Both the position numbers and the translations under genes were made by a program. From an uncultured Candidatus Saccharibacteria bacterium (GTDB lineage Bacteria; Patescibacteriota; Minisyncoccia; Phycocordibacterales; UBA9973): DNA of 64,000 bases. Where the stretch lies: positions 167,097-231,096 of the forward strand of contig CAZGOI010000001.1 of assembly GCA_964527185.1 (NCBI GenBank), given 5' to 3'. Below, one piece after another: positions 8,856-18,280 of the stretch. The notes below the pieces were generated by a model that was given only the letters and a program-made list of their open reading frames with translations, was not told the DNA's origin and did not search any database. Position 1 is the first letter of the stretch; each line of letters opens with the position of its first letter.

Positions 8856-10040
8856 ATGGAAGGTAAAAAAATAAAAATGGCAGACTACATAAAAATTTGC
8901 CATCCTACAGATGGTCGTGAAGGCTATCTGAGGAAACCACTACCAGCTGATTTTCAAGAAGCTGGTGAGTATTTTGAGAAAAGTCAGCCTTTAGTGGATA
9001 TCTACGGCAAATCATTGCCGTACAGATTTCTCCCGTATTATGAAGGAAAGCTGGCGACCCGTGACGAGGTGATATACCTCGGATCTGGTGAAGATGGATG
9101 GCCGGCTTTAATTCAGGCTTACGGCGAATTTAAAAAAAACGCCAAGCCGTTTACTTACCACACATTTTTTCCATGTGTCGGTGAGACTGTAAAGGTAACA
9201 GGCAGAGAAGGAGGAGTTTTTCTGAATGGTAAGAAAACTTCTCACTCCATACTCGCCTTAGGGCGAGCATTTGAGAACTTTGCCATTCTTCCTAAGGAGA
9301 TTATAGGTGAACTGGAAGAGCAATACTTCCTTGAGGCCTATAAAGATCATCCTGTGGAAGATTACTTTGACCTCCTGTCAAAAGGAGGTATATTTAATGT
9401 AATAAAAATTGCCCAAAACAATGGGCATATTTATATTGCAGAGAAATTAAAAACCTGGCTAGATGTAGGCATGACCGATGCCGAATCTAGGAATGTATGG
9501 ATAAATCATCAAAAAGATGATTACCATAATAGAACATATTTTTGGAAGGGTGTGGTAGTCTGTTATGAGTCCTATGGGCTCGATTATCCCCGCGTAAAAA
9601 AAATATGTGAAATTACTCCTCAAGAAATTGAGGAAGTAAAGGCGCAAAAGGTCGCCGAAGAGCAGGCACGCATAGAGACCCGCAAAAAAAAGTTTCAAGA
9701 ACTTTCAAAAGCCGTCACTGAAAAGTACGGTGAGGTAGTTCTGAAACTTACCCTTCGCAAGAAGGGTTCAGTTCTCGCGATTTTGAAAATGCTGAGCGAA
9801 AGCACAGCGCAAGTAGAACTTGCAGAGCTGAAAAAAATCTTCGCTTTATCAAGCGAAGCACCAGTAATCGCAAACCTTATGACTTGCGTAGCTGGTGAGG
9901 TGGACCCCTTTAAGGCTGCAAAGGTTGCAAAGAAAGCGTATGCTTGGGCATATCTGAGCGACGCCTTGCCAGGGGTTTATTTCAAGGGGTACTTTGATGC
10001 CGCGAAAACGGCATTGGAGATTTACTCCAAGAATTGGTAA
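8856..10040 (+). CDS. Hypothetical protein (394 aa; start may be 8877)
   Basis: Long ORF, no recognised family motif. Confidence 0.75.
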   Translation: MEGKKIKMADYIKICHPTDGREGYLRKPLPADFQEAGEYFEKSQPLVDIYGKSLPYRFLPYYEGKLATRDEVIYLGSGEDGWPALIQAYGEFKKNAKPFTYHTFFPCVGETVKVTGREGGVFLNGKKTSHSILALGRAFENFAILPKEIIGELEEQYFLEAYKDHPVEDYFDLLSKGGIFNVIKIAQNNGHIYIAEKLKTWLDVGMTDAESRNVWINHQKDDYHNRTYFWKGVVVCYESYGLDYPRVKKICEITPQEIEEVKAQKVAEEQARIETRKKKFQELSKAVTEKYGEVVLKLTLRKKGSVLAILKMLSESTAQVELAELKKIFALSSEAPVIANLMTCVAGEVDPFKAAKVAKKAYAWAYLSDALPGVYFKGYFDAAKTALEIYSKNW

Positions 10041-10161
10041 AAAAATTTAGCCTAACAGTATCAAACCTAGGCGCTCTGAATGTCGCAAGATAGACAGAGA
10101 GAATGGTTTGTCAAAAAACAGGCAAGAGGGTTCTTGCTTGATAAAAGGGTTCTAAAGATTT

Positions 10162-10205
10162 AGCAAAGGTTTGAAATATAACCTTTGCTTTCTTATTCAG
10201 GTTTT
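10162..10205 (+). repeat. Repeated hairpin module, copy 2
   Basis: AGCAAAGGT-loop-ACCTTTGCT-TTCTTATTCAGGTTT, matching 8557-8601. Confidence 0.7.
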
Positions 10206-10328
10206 TACTTTGGCGTTGCTAGGTAGAAGCTTGATAGGAAAATTCGGGAGTCGGCAGGATGGAAATCTCTCTCCTCTGGCGCAAGGGCACTTGCGCTTTA
10301 TCCTGTCGGCCCTTGAGTTTTTCTTAAA

Positions 10329-10679
10329 TTAATTTAAAGATTCCTGGCTTGGTTCAGCATAGATATGCTTCTCAAGGCGTTCTAAGAGAGTATTAATTTC
10401 TCCCCACTCTTTGAGTAACGCATCAAACTCTCTTTGATAGGCAACACTCTCTGCTTTTTCAGTCTTGCCAATCATTATTTTATAGAACGATCTACTATCG
10501 TCATTTAATTTTTTTAATTTTTCATTATAAAGTGGCAACATCTTCTCTAATTCTCGCATTATCTCTCGGTCTTCTTCTTTAAAACCCCTAAATTCTTTTA
10601 AGGTTTCCTTGCCATCAAATTCTCCTTTTGTTTCTTTACTATCATATCCAACTATGGGAATTTCTGGTATTTCTTTCAT
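10329..10679 (-). CDS. Hypothetical acidic coiled-coil protein
   Basis: 116-aa ORF; TATAAT 6 nt upstream of ATG. Confidence 0.65.
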   Translation of the reverse strand: MKEIPEIPIVGYDSKETKGEFDGKETLKEFRGFKEEDREIMRELEKMLPLYNEKLKKLNDDSRSFYKIMIGKTEKAESVAYQREFDALLKEWGEINTLLERLEKHIYAEPSQESLN

Positions 10680-10713
10680 GGGTTTATTATATCCTTTTTA
10701 TTTTCTGAGACAA

Positions 10714-11463
10714 CTATTTTTTAATTGGTAAAATTATGTAAAAAGTTGAACCTCGATTAATTCCACCTGACTTAAATTTTATATTTCCCCCATGACGCTT
10801 AACAATTTCACGGGCGAGATAAAGCGAAAGACCAATACCATCAGTATTTATTTTCTTGGCGCGCTCTCCACGATAGAACCTACGGAAAATATTGTTTTTA
10901 TCTTTACGCGAAAGGCCGATACCATCATCACTTACTTTTAAAATCAATTTATTATCCTTTAGTTCTGAATCTACAATTAACTTTCCATTAATTTTTCCAT
11001 AAAAAATTGCATTTTCTATTATCGAATCGATAACAAAAGAAATTTTTTTTGTATCGACAGTAATGAGTGGTATGTCAGTAAAAGAAGGCAGAGAAATATT
11101 TATATGTTTTTCATTTAACGAAGTACGAAATCTACTGATTGAATTCTCTAATATCTCGCGGATAGATACAGCACGAAGATCATAGGAAGAAATATTGTTT
11201 ACATCTTTAATACCGGCGATGACTTCGACGATGCCAAGCAGCTTGTCTGTCGCATTCTCGAGGCTCGAGATAAGCTCGAGCTCGTCTTTGCGTGGCATCT
11301 CTTCTTTTAGTTTATCGCTCATCCACTTTATGCGAGTCAGTGGAGTACGGAAAACATGATTAACGATCGACAGAAAATATTCCTCGGTCAAAACTCTTTT
11401 TTGACTTCTAATCACAAGGTATATGATTACCAAAACTGCAAATATTAAAAGTATAGTTTGCAT
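10714..11463 (-). CDS. Sensor histidine kinase (HisKA plus HATPase_c)
   Basis: HVFRTPLT H-box, ENAIFY N-box, DDGIG, FRRFYR, GIGLSLY, G2 box. Confidence 0.9.
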   Translation of the reverse strand: MQTILLIFAVLVIIYLVIRSQKRVLTEEYFLSIVNHVFRTPLTRIKWMSDKLKEEMPRKDELELISSLENATDKLLGIVEVIAGIKDVNNISSYDLRAVSIREILENSISRFRTSLNEKHINISLPSFTDIPLITVDTKKISFVIDSIIENAIFYGKINGKLIVDSELKDNKLILKVSDDGIGLSRKDKNNIFRRFYRGERAKKINTDGIGLSLYLAREIVKRHGGNIKFKSGGINRGSTFYIILPIKK

Positions 11464-11465
11464 TT

Positions 11466-12056
11466 TTATTTACTATTTTTATTTTTTACGACAATGTCGT
11501 CGATTATGCCGTATTTTTTTGCTTCATCAGAGGTCATGTAGTAGTCGCGGTCAGAATCTTTGTCTACTTGTGCAACCGTCTGCCCTGTATTTTTGGCAAG
11601 AATTTTGTTTAACGTTTCTTTTGTGCGAAGTATATGTTTGGCATTTATGGCAATGTCTGATGCTTGGCCTTCGGCCCCGCCCATGACCTGGTGGATCATA
11701 ACTTCGGAATTTACAAGGCCAAAACGTTTACCTTTCGTTCCGGCCGAAAGAAGTATCGCCCCCATCGAAGCTGCTATTCCGACACATATAGTAGAGACAT
11801 CGGCTTTCACAAAACCCATGGTATCGAGTATGGCAAGGCCTGCCGTAACCGAGCCGCCAGGGGAGTTGATGTATAGATATATATCCTTCTTCGAGTCAGT
11901 ATGGTCAAGGTATAAAAGCTGGGCAATAACAAGGTTTGCCACATGGTCATCTATCGGTCCGCCTAGGAAAATAATACGTTCATTTAAAAGGCGAGAATAT
12001 ATATCGTAAACCCGCTCGCCAAACTGAGATTTTTCTATAACTGTTGGAATTAACAT
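11466..12056 (-). CDS. clpP: ATP-dependent Clp protease proteolytic subunit
   Basis: [29 protein letters not shown] motifs. Confidence 0.97.
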   Translation of the reverse strand: MLIPTVIEKSQFGERVYDIYSRLLNERIIFLGGPIDDHVANLVIAQLLYLDHTDSKKDIYLYINSPGGSVTAGLAILDTMGFVKADVSTICVGIAASMGAILLSAGTKGKRFGLVNSEVMIHQVMGGAEGQASDIAINAKHILRTKETLNKILAKNTGQTVAQVDKDSDRDYYMTSDEAKKYGIIDDIVVKNKNSK

Positions 12057-12257
12057 GGCAACAGTATAGCAAAATAAGGCTTTTTTGCCAATAGGTCACC
12101 TTGACAGATAGCTATTTTTTATGGTATAATCGCAGCAGAATTGGTCTTTGAGAATATGACTTTTCATTAGTGGTTTGGTTCGCCTCGGATGTCTTAATTT
12201 AGATCTCTAAAGCGAATCAAATCACAAATTTTTTAACAAATAAATTTTTTAAAAAAA

Positions 12258-12680
12258 ATGAAAAAGCTATTATCAGCAATCATTATGGTTGCATCAATAT
12301 TTTTACCATTCACTTCTTGTACAAAAACCGGCGTTGGAGCAACCATAGGTGTTGGACTTGGTCCTATTTGGGTACAGTTCAACATAGGTAATGGCGGTGG
12401 AAACTACTACCCCTATGGGAATATTCCAGGAAATGTTTCATCATCGATTGCATACATCAATGCATACCCACTTGATGAAACGCGGATTCCTGTATTCGAC
12501 CAATCAGGTCAAATGCTCGGTTTTGTGAATTGCCCGTCGGGAACAGGTTCACAGACCAACATGGCAATCACGGCGATCCGCAATTGGTTTGCTAGTGGTC
12601 ATATCACTTTGCCAGTGTTGGTGAATTGGAACCAAAGATGGACCAACGCTCCATGGGATGGAAGTATAATTGGTTTCTAA
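12258..12680 (+). CDS. Putative lipoprotein, orphan
   Basis: MKK-hydrophobic-FTS/CTK lipobox-like signal; upstream promoter TTGACA(12101)...TATAAT(12125). Confidence 0.65.
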   Translation: MKKLLSAIIMVASIFLPFTSCTKTGVGATIGVGLGPIWVQFNIGNGGGNYYPYGNIPGNVSSSIAYINAYPLDETRIPVFDQSGQMLGFVNCPSGTGSQTNMAITAIRNWFASGHITLPVLVNWNQRWTNAPWDGSIIGF

Positions 12681-12729
12681 AATATTGGGACAGTAAGTAA
12701 GGGCCTCGGCAGCGATACCAGGCTCTTTT

Positions 12730-13803
12730 TTATTGTTCTTCAAGGAATTTAAAAACTTTTTCGTTCTCGAGTACATTCTCGATGTAGGCGCGAGCGCGAG
12801 CAGGGTCGGCATCTTTGTAAATGTTTAAAATACTTTCTACTTCTTTTTCTATTTCTTCTTCGCTAGGTGTTAGATTTTCTTTTTCTGAAATTGCGTGAAT
12901 GACCATCTGCAATTTTGCGCGTTTATCGGCATCAGGGCGCCACTCTTTTCGCAGGTCTTCTTCAGTTTTTTTTATCTGTGTTAAATAATCTTCGTATTTA
13001 AGTCCAGTATTCGTAATATCTGCTTGTAGACGGTATAAAATTTTTTCAATCTCGCCTTCGATGAGCACTTCGGGTATATCGCCCTCTGTTTTTTCTAGTA
13101 ATTCTTCGACGATAGCTAGCCGCAGTTTGTCTTTTGCTTCGGTTTCTTTCTCGATTTTCATATTTGAGCGAATTTTATCTTTAAGCGCTTGTGCGTCTTT
13201 AAAATCACCAAAAGATTTTGCAAAAGCATCGTCAAATGGCGGATAATCTTTTTCTTTTATTTCATGAGCTTTTACATGTTCTTCTTCCGTCATATTTTCA
13301 TGATCCTCGTGTACACCTTTTGCTTGCTCGGCTCGCATCTTTCGAAGTTCGAGAATTGTCTTCTCAACTTCAGATTCGTCGATTTTTATTTGATCAATTG
13401 GATTTTTAATTTTTATTTCATTCGCGATTTTTTTATAATTTGGAAGTTTCATTTCTGGCAAAACTGCAGTTACTATTTTAAATTCAAGATCTGAACCGCG
13501 GGCGATTTTTGTAATTGAGATCTGTGGCCGACCGATGGCGTCAATCTTTTCTTCGCGAATTATTCTTGGATAAGAATCCATAAGCGCCAGCTCAGCCATT
13601 TCTTCGAGGACCATCATGTCGGTTACATTTTCTTTTACAATTTTTGTCGGCGCTTTGCCTTTGCGAAAACCAGGCAACTCAAGACGCTCACTGATTTTAG
13701 TGAGCGCCCCGTCTTCATATTTTTCGAAATCTTCTTTCGCTATTGAGCCAGAAATCTCAATCTCACTTTTTTCAAGTTTTTTGATATTAATTTTCATATC
13801 CAA
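12730..13803 (-). CDS. tig: Trigger factor (PPIase domain largely absent)
   Basis: LPGFRKGKAP ribosome-binding motif; C-terminal chaperone domain; only 357 aa. Confidence 0.92.
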   Translation of the reverse strand: MDMKINIKKLEKSEIEISGSIAKEDFEKYEDGALTKISERLELPGFRKGKAPTKIVKENVTDMMVLEEMAELALMDSYPRIIREEKIDAIGRPQISITKIARGSDLEFKIVTAVLPEMKLPNYKKIANEIKIKNPIDQIKIDESEVEKTILELRKMRAEQAKGVHEDHENMTEEEHVKAHEIKEKDYPPFDDAFAKSFGDFKDAQALKDKIRSNMKIEKETEAKDKLRLAIVEELLEKTEGDIPEVLIEGEIEKILYRLQADITNTGLKYEDYLTQIKKTEEDLRKEWRPDADKRAKLQMVIHAISEKENLTPSEEEIEKEVESILNIYKDADPARARAYIENVLENEKVFKFLEEQ

Positions 13804-13819
13804 TTTATCTTAAAACTTT

Positions 13820-15853
13820 TTACTTAAACCAAAACATCACAAGAATTGGAACAATAAGAAGAGCAATGATGTTTAGAATTTTAATCATTGGGTTTATGGC
13901 TGGTCCAGCAGTGTCTTTGTATGGGTCACCAACAGTGTCGCCGGTAACAGAGGCCTTGTGTGCATCGCTACCCTTGCCACCGTGATTTCCTAGCTCTATG
14001 TATTTCTTGGCGTTGTCCCAAGCGCCACCACCTGAGGTCATCGAGACAGCTAGGAATATACCGGTAATAATAGAACCAACAAGTAGACCACCCAGGGCTT
14101 GTGGGCCAAGAACAAAACCAACAACAATCGGAGCAAGTACTGGAATAAGCGCTGGCACGACCATCTGTTTTATAGCACCGGTTGTTACGATGTCCACACA
14201 TTTTGCATAATCTGGTTTACCAGTGCCGTCCATGATTCCAGGAATTTCTCTAAATTGTCGCCGAACTTCACCAACAACTTTTCCAGCTGCTTTACCAACA
14301 GCCTCCATACAAAGAGCACTGAAGTAATATGGAAGTAAGCCACCAATCAAAAGACCAGCGATCACAAGTGGGTTGCCAAGATCAAAGTTTAATTTATGTC
14401 CCAAGTCGGCAAAATCTTGAGTGTATGAAGAAAATAAAACAAGAGCCGCGAGTCCAGCTGAACCAATAGCATAACCCTTCGTTACTGCTTTGGTTGTATT
14501 ACCAACTGCGTCGAGGGGGTCAGTTACATTTCTAACACTCTCTGGTAATTTGGCCATCTCTGCTATGCCACCAGCATTGTCTGTAATCGGGCCAAATGAA
14601 TCGATAGCAACTATTATACCAGTGAGTGACAGCATCGACATCGCAGCAATTGCTACACCATAGAGTTCACCGAAATGGTATGAAATTAAAATTCCCAAGA
14701 CAATTGCAATGAGTGGCAAACCAGTAGACTTCATCGAGATCGCAAGACCCTGGATGACATTTGTACCATGACCCGATTCCGAAGCCTTTGCGATTGACCT
14801 AACGGGAGAAAATTTTGTCGCGGTATAGTATTCAGTCGCAATAATTATCGTCGCAGTTACCAAGATACCAACAATTGCACACATATATAATGAGCCAACC
14901 GAGTAAATGTTTTGTCCCTCCATGAGCATTTTTGTAATAGGATAGAAACCAATTGCTGAAAGCACGCCAGCAGCAATTAGACCCTTGTAAAGCGCACCCA
15001 TAATATTATTATTTTTTCCAAGTCGCACAAACCATGTACCAATTATCGAACAAATAATTGCCATACCGCCAATCGCAAGTGGATAAATAACTGCGTTGCC
15101 AAAATTTACAAAGACAAGTGAGCCGAGCAACATTGTCGCTACAGAAGTAACAGCATAAGTTTCAAATAAGTCAGCCGCCATACCAGCACAGTCGCCAACA
15201 TTATCACCAACGTTATCGGCAATGACCGCAGGGTTTCTAGGATCATCTTCTGGAATTCCAGCTTCAACTTTACCAACTAAATCAGCCCCGACATCAGCTG
15301 CTTTTGTAAAAATTCCTCCACCGAGTCTAGCAAAAACAGAAATCAAACTTGCACCAAAAGATAAACCAACCAATGGTCGGACGGCACCAACTCCCGCGTA
15401 GTGGACAGCGATAGTATAGAAAACTGTCACACCGAGAAGCGCAAGACCAACAACCAAAAGACCAGTAACAGTTCCACCACGGAAAGCAAGCGAAAGAGCT
15501 TCTTTCAAACCCTTCTTGCCAGCTTCGGCCGTACGGACGTTTGCGCGAACAGAAACATTCATACCGATATAACCGGCAACAGCCGATAAGACTGCGCCAG
15601 TTATAAAACTTGAGGCCATCATCCAACCGAGCATTGGTATGAAACCAATTATCAAAAATAAAATAACAGCAATGATACCGATAGTTTTGTACTGACGATT
15701 TAAGTATGCTGAAGCACCTTGTTGAATAGCCTTGGCGATACTCTTCATCTTTTCGTCACCAGAATCTTGACTAAGAACAAGTTTGATAAGAAACAATCCA
15801 TATAAAATTGCGATAACCGAGGAAACGATAGCGAGAACAATAAATGAATTCAT
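13820..15853 (-). CDS. hppA: Membrane H+-translocating pyrophosphatase (K+-independent type)
   Basis: [26 protein letters not shown] (Lys variant), [10 protein letters not shown]. Confidence 0.95.
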   Translation of the reverse strand: MNSFIVLAIVSSVIAILYGLFLIKLVLSQDSGDEKMKSIAKAIQQGASAYLNRQYKTIGIIAVILFLIIGFIPMLGWMMASSFITGAVLSAVAGYIGMNVSVRANVRTAEAGKKGLKEALSLAFRGGTVTGLLVVGLALLGVTVFYTIAVHYAGVGAVRPLVGLSFGASLISVFARLGGGIFTKAADVGADLVGKVEAGIPEDDPRNPAVIADNVGDNVGDCAGMAADLFETYAVTSVATMLLGSLVFVNFGNAVIYPLAIGGMAIICSIIGTWFVRLGKNNNIMGALYKGLIAAGVLSAIGFYPITKMLMEGQNIYSVGSLYMCAIVGILVTATIIIATEYYTATKFSPVRSIAKASESGHGTNVIQGLAISMKSTGLPLIAIVLGILISYHFGELYGVAIAAMSMLSLTGIIVAIDSFGPITDNAGGIAEMAKLPESVRNVTDPLDAVGNTTKAVTKGYAIGSAGLAALVLFSSYTQDFADLGHKLNFDLGNPLVIAGLLIGGLLPYYFSALCMEAVGKAAGKVVGEVRRQFREIPGIMDGTGKPDYAKCVDIVTTGAIKQMVVPALIPVLAPIVVGFVLGPQALGGLLVGSIITGIFLAVSMTSGGGAWDNAKKYIELGNHGGKGSDAHKASVTGDTVGDPYKDTAGPAINPMIKILNIIALLIVPILVMFWFK

Positions 15854-15889
15854 ATTTTATTTTCTAATTAATAATAAATAATAATTTAA

Positions 15890-17104
15890 TTAATTTCCTG
15901 TACCATCATCGACTAGACCTTCATCGAGTGATACTTCATCAGAATCTACTTTAATTGCTGAAGTGCTCGTTTCGTCTTCGCTTGAAACGATTTCGCCTTC
16001 GATACCCTTGATATCGATTCTCCAACCAGTCAGTTTAGCCGCCAGGCGAACATTTTGCCCGCCCTTGCCGATGGCAAGAGAGAGTTGGTCGTTAGCAACT
16101 TCGACTACTGCTTTGTGTTCTTCTTCACTAATTTCAATATCTAGCACTCGGGCAGGAGAAAGGGCGCTTGAAATATATTCAGCGGGGTCGGCTGACCATG
16201 GGATAATATCTATTTTCTCGCCACCGAGCTCGCTCATGACAGTCGTCACACGCACGCCCTTCTGGCCGACGCATGAGCCGACCGGATCGACGTGTTCGTC
16301 ATTTGAATAGACTGCAATCTTTGAACGCGAGCCAGCTTCGCGAGCGATAGCTTTGATCTCGACAACACCTCCGGCGATTTCTGGAGCTTCCATCGCAAAC
16401 AACCCTTCGATCAATTGAGGATGGGTGCGAGAGAGTTTTAGATTTACTCCGCGTGGAGTTTCTTCGACACTGTAGAGATATGCGCGGATGCGCTCGCCGC
16501 GTTTATAAAATTCACCAGGAATTTGTTCTTCTGGCAAAATTATTCCAGTCGCGCGATTGAAATCAACATATACAATACCGCGTTCAACTTTTTGGACAAA
16601 GCCATTGACGATCTCCCCCTCTTTACTGCCGTATTCGTCGATGATTGCACCACGTTCAGCTTCGCGGATTTTTTGAATTATAACTTGCTTGGCAGTTTGG
16701 GCCGCAATGCGACCATAGTCTTCTTTTGTTTCGAGCGGGAAAATTATTTCTTCTTCGAGTTTTGCATCGCTCTTTATTTTTTTTGCATCAGAGAGAAGTA
16801 TATGATGCTCTTCGTTGAATCTAACGCGCTCATCACCCTCTTCTATTTCTTCTTCATCGTCAGCTTCTACGTCGGTCGGCATCCGGACGAGTGTATCGTC
16901 GACGACAATCTTTACTTGGTAAAATTCCATCTTGCCCGAATCGACATCGATATGAGCGCGAATTATTTGACCCTTTTTTCCATAATCTTTTTTATAGGCA
17001 GCAGCAATAGCCTGCTCGATGGCATCGATGATTTTCTCGCGAGGTATTTTGCGCTCCTGTTCTAGTTGCTCGAGCGCTGATTTCATTGTTTTTAGGTCTA
17101 GCAT
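15890..17104 (-). CDS. nusA: Transcription termination factor NusA
   Basis: YGRIAAQTAKQ, AREAGSRSKIAV, SLAIGKGGQNVRLAAKLTGWRIDI. Confidence 0.97.
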   Translation of the reverse strand: MLDLKTMKSALEQLEQERKIPREKIIDAIEQAIAAAYKKDYGKKGQIIRAHIDVDSGKMEFYQVKIVVDDTLVRMPTDVEADDEEEIEEGDERVRFNEEHHILLSDAKKIKSDAKLEEEIIFPLETKEDYGRIAAQTAKQVIIQKIREAERGAIIDEYGSKEGEIVNGFVQKVERGIVYVDFNRATGIILPEEQIPGEFYKRGERIRAYLYSVEETPRGVNLKLSRTHPQLIEGLFAMEAPEIAGGVVEIKAIAREAGSRSKIAVYSNDEHVDPVGSCVGQKGVRVTTVMSELGGEKIDIIPWSADPAEYISSALSPARVLDIEISEEEHKAVVEVANDQLSLAIGKGGQNVRLAAKLTGWRIDIKGIEGEIVSSEDETSTSAIKVDSDEVSLDEGLVDDGTGN

Positions 17105-17422
17105 ATTAAGTTGTCCCGCCCGACGGACGGGTAGTATTTAGTTTTTAAAAATAAAAGCCCGGTTCGAGGAACGGACTAATGGGCCCATCCTACTATAATA
17201 AGGCTTTTTCGTCAAATATGTGGATAAAAAGTGGATAAAATAGCCATCAAAACTTGACTATACCCCCAAATAGAGCTATACTTGACACGAAAGAGTTTAG
17301 TATGTGTACTAAGCAAAAAGATCATTGAAATTGCTGTGAATAGAAAATATCGCCTTGGTTTTCTTAATATTTCAAGGAAATTGAAGTGATATTTTCTATT
17401 TCAAAACAAAAAATAACAGTCA

Positions 17423-18148
17423 ATGAAAACAATCAACAGCCGGAAGGCTTTAAGTTTCACGATTTTCGTGCTGTTGATCAGCACGACAGTACTATCATCA
17501 TGCCAAAAAGATGGGGTTATCAGCCACGGTAGTGGTTCTGGTAATAGCGTATCCTTTACATCCAATCCGAGTGCATCGCCTGGAAAGGTGTATGACCAGG
17601 ATTCAACTATGATTACCTGGGGAGCAGCAAACTGGACCAGTTTTTCTCTGACCTCAACCAGCGGCGAAAGCGTTACTGGTTTGAATAAACAATCATATAC
17701 AACAGGGGCCCTTACTGGCGCACCAGGTGGTTCAATTGTGACGTTTACAATTTTTGCTAATGGTACTGGTGGGCCAATTAGCCGGAGTGCTTCGGTGGTT
17801 GTTTATTCGCCCAGGATGAAGGCCCTTTGCAAGGATGGAGCAAGATGGATGACAATTTTTGATCAATCTATCAGCTCCAATGGGCTTATTACAAACGCTC
17901 CACCAGATACCAACCTGTACACCTACTACCCAGATGGATCTGGAAAGGTTTTAGGTGCAGATGGATCTATTCACACGGGCACTTGGTCATTTCTGAATAA
18001 CGACAATGTCTTCCATGCATCGCTTAACAACGATTACATGATTGACTCATTGTCAAGTGCATTTTTTAAAATGCATCAAACAGGACATGACTTAGTAGAC
18101 CCAAGCATCACATGGGTGAGAACGATTATTTCAACCGCTCCTCACTAA
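17423..18148 (+). CDS. Putative lipoprotein with a lipocalin-like C-terminal region
   Basis: Signal peptide ending LSS/CQKDG; C-part W...YTYYPDGSG...GTWSF resembles lipocalin-like domains. Confidence 0.6.
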   Translation: MKTINSRKALSFTIFVLLISTTVLSSCQKDGVISHGSGSGNSVSFTSNPSASPGKVYDQDSTMITWGAANWTSFSLTSTSGESVTGLNKQSYTTGALTGAPGGSIVTFTIFANGTGGPISRSASVVVYSPRMKALCKDGARWMTIFDQSISSNGLITNAPPDTNLYTYYPDGSGKVLGADGSIHTGTWSFLNNDNVFHASLNNDYMIDSLSSAFFKMHQTGHDLVDPSITWVRTIISTAPH

Positions 18149-18280
18149 ATTTTTTGTGGCAATGAAAGAACTTACAATTCCCTTGGATGATCAAGGGAAT
18201 TTTTTTGTGGATAACTCTCGATACTATTTTTTACGCAATAGATGATATAATTACCCTATTATGAAGTTTTATTTAAACTC

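Noticed and set aside
8557-10205. CRISPR array or integron attC interpretation of the repeated hairpins
   Set aside because: Only two copies 1.6 kb apart, no regular spacers, no clear RYYYAAC/GTTRRRY core sites, and no cas or intI gene in the window
16523-17065. 180-aa Phe-rich ORF antisense to nusA, and similar short ORFs across ribosomal genes, hppA and rny
   Set aside because: The composition simply mirrors the Glu/Lys codons of the real gene
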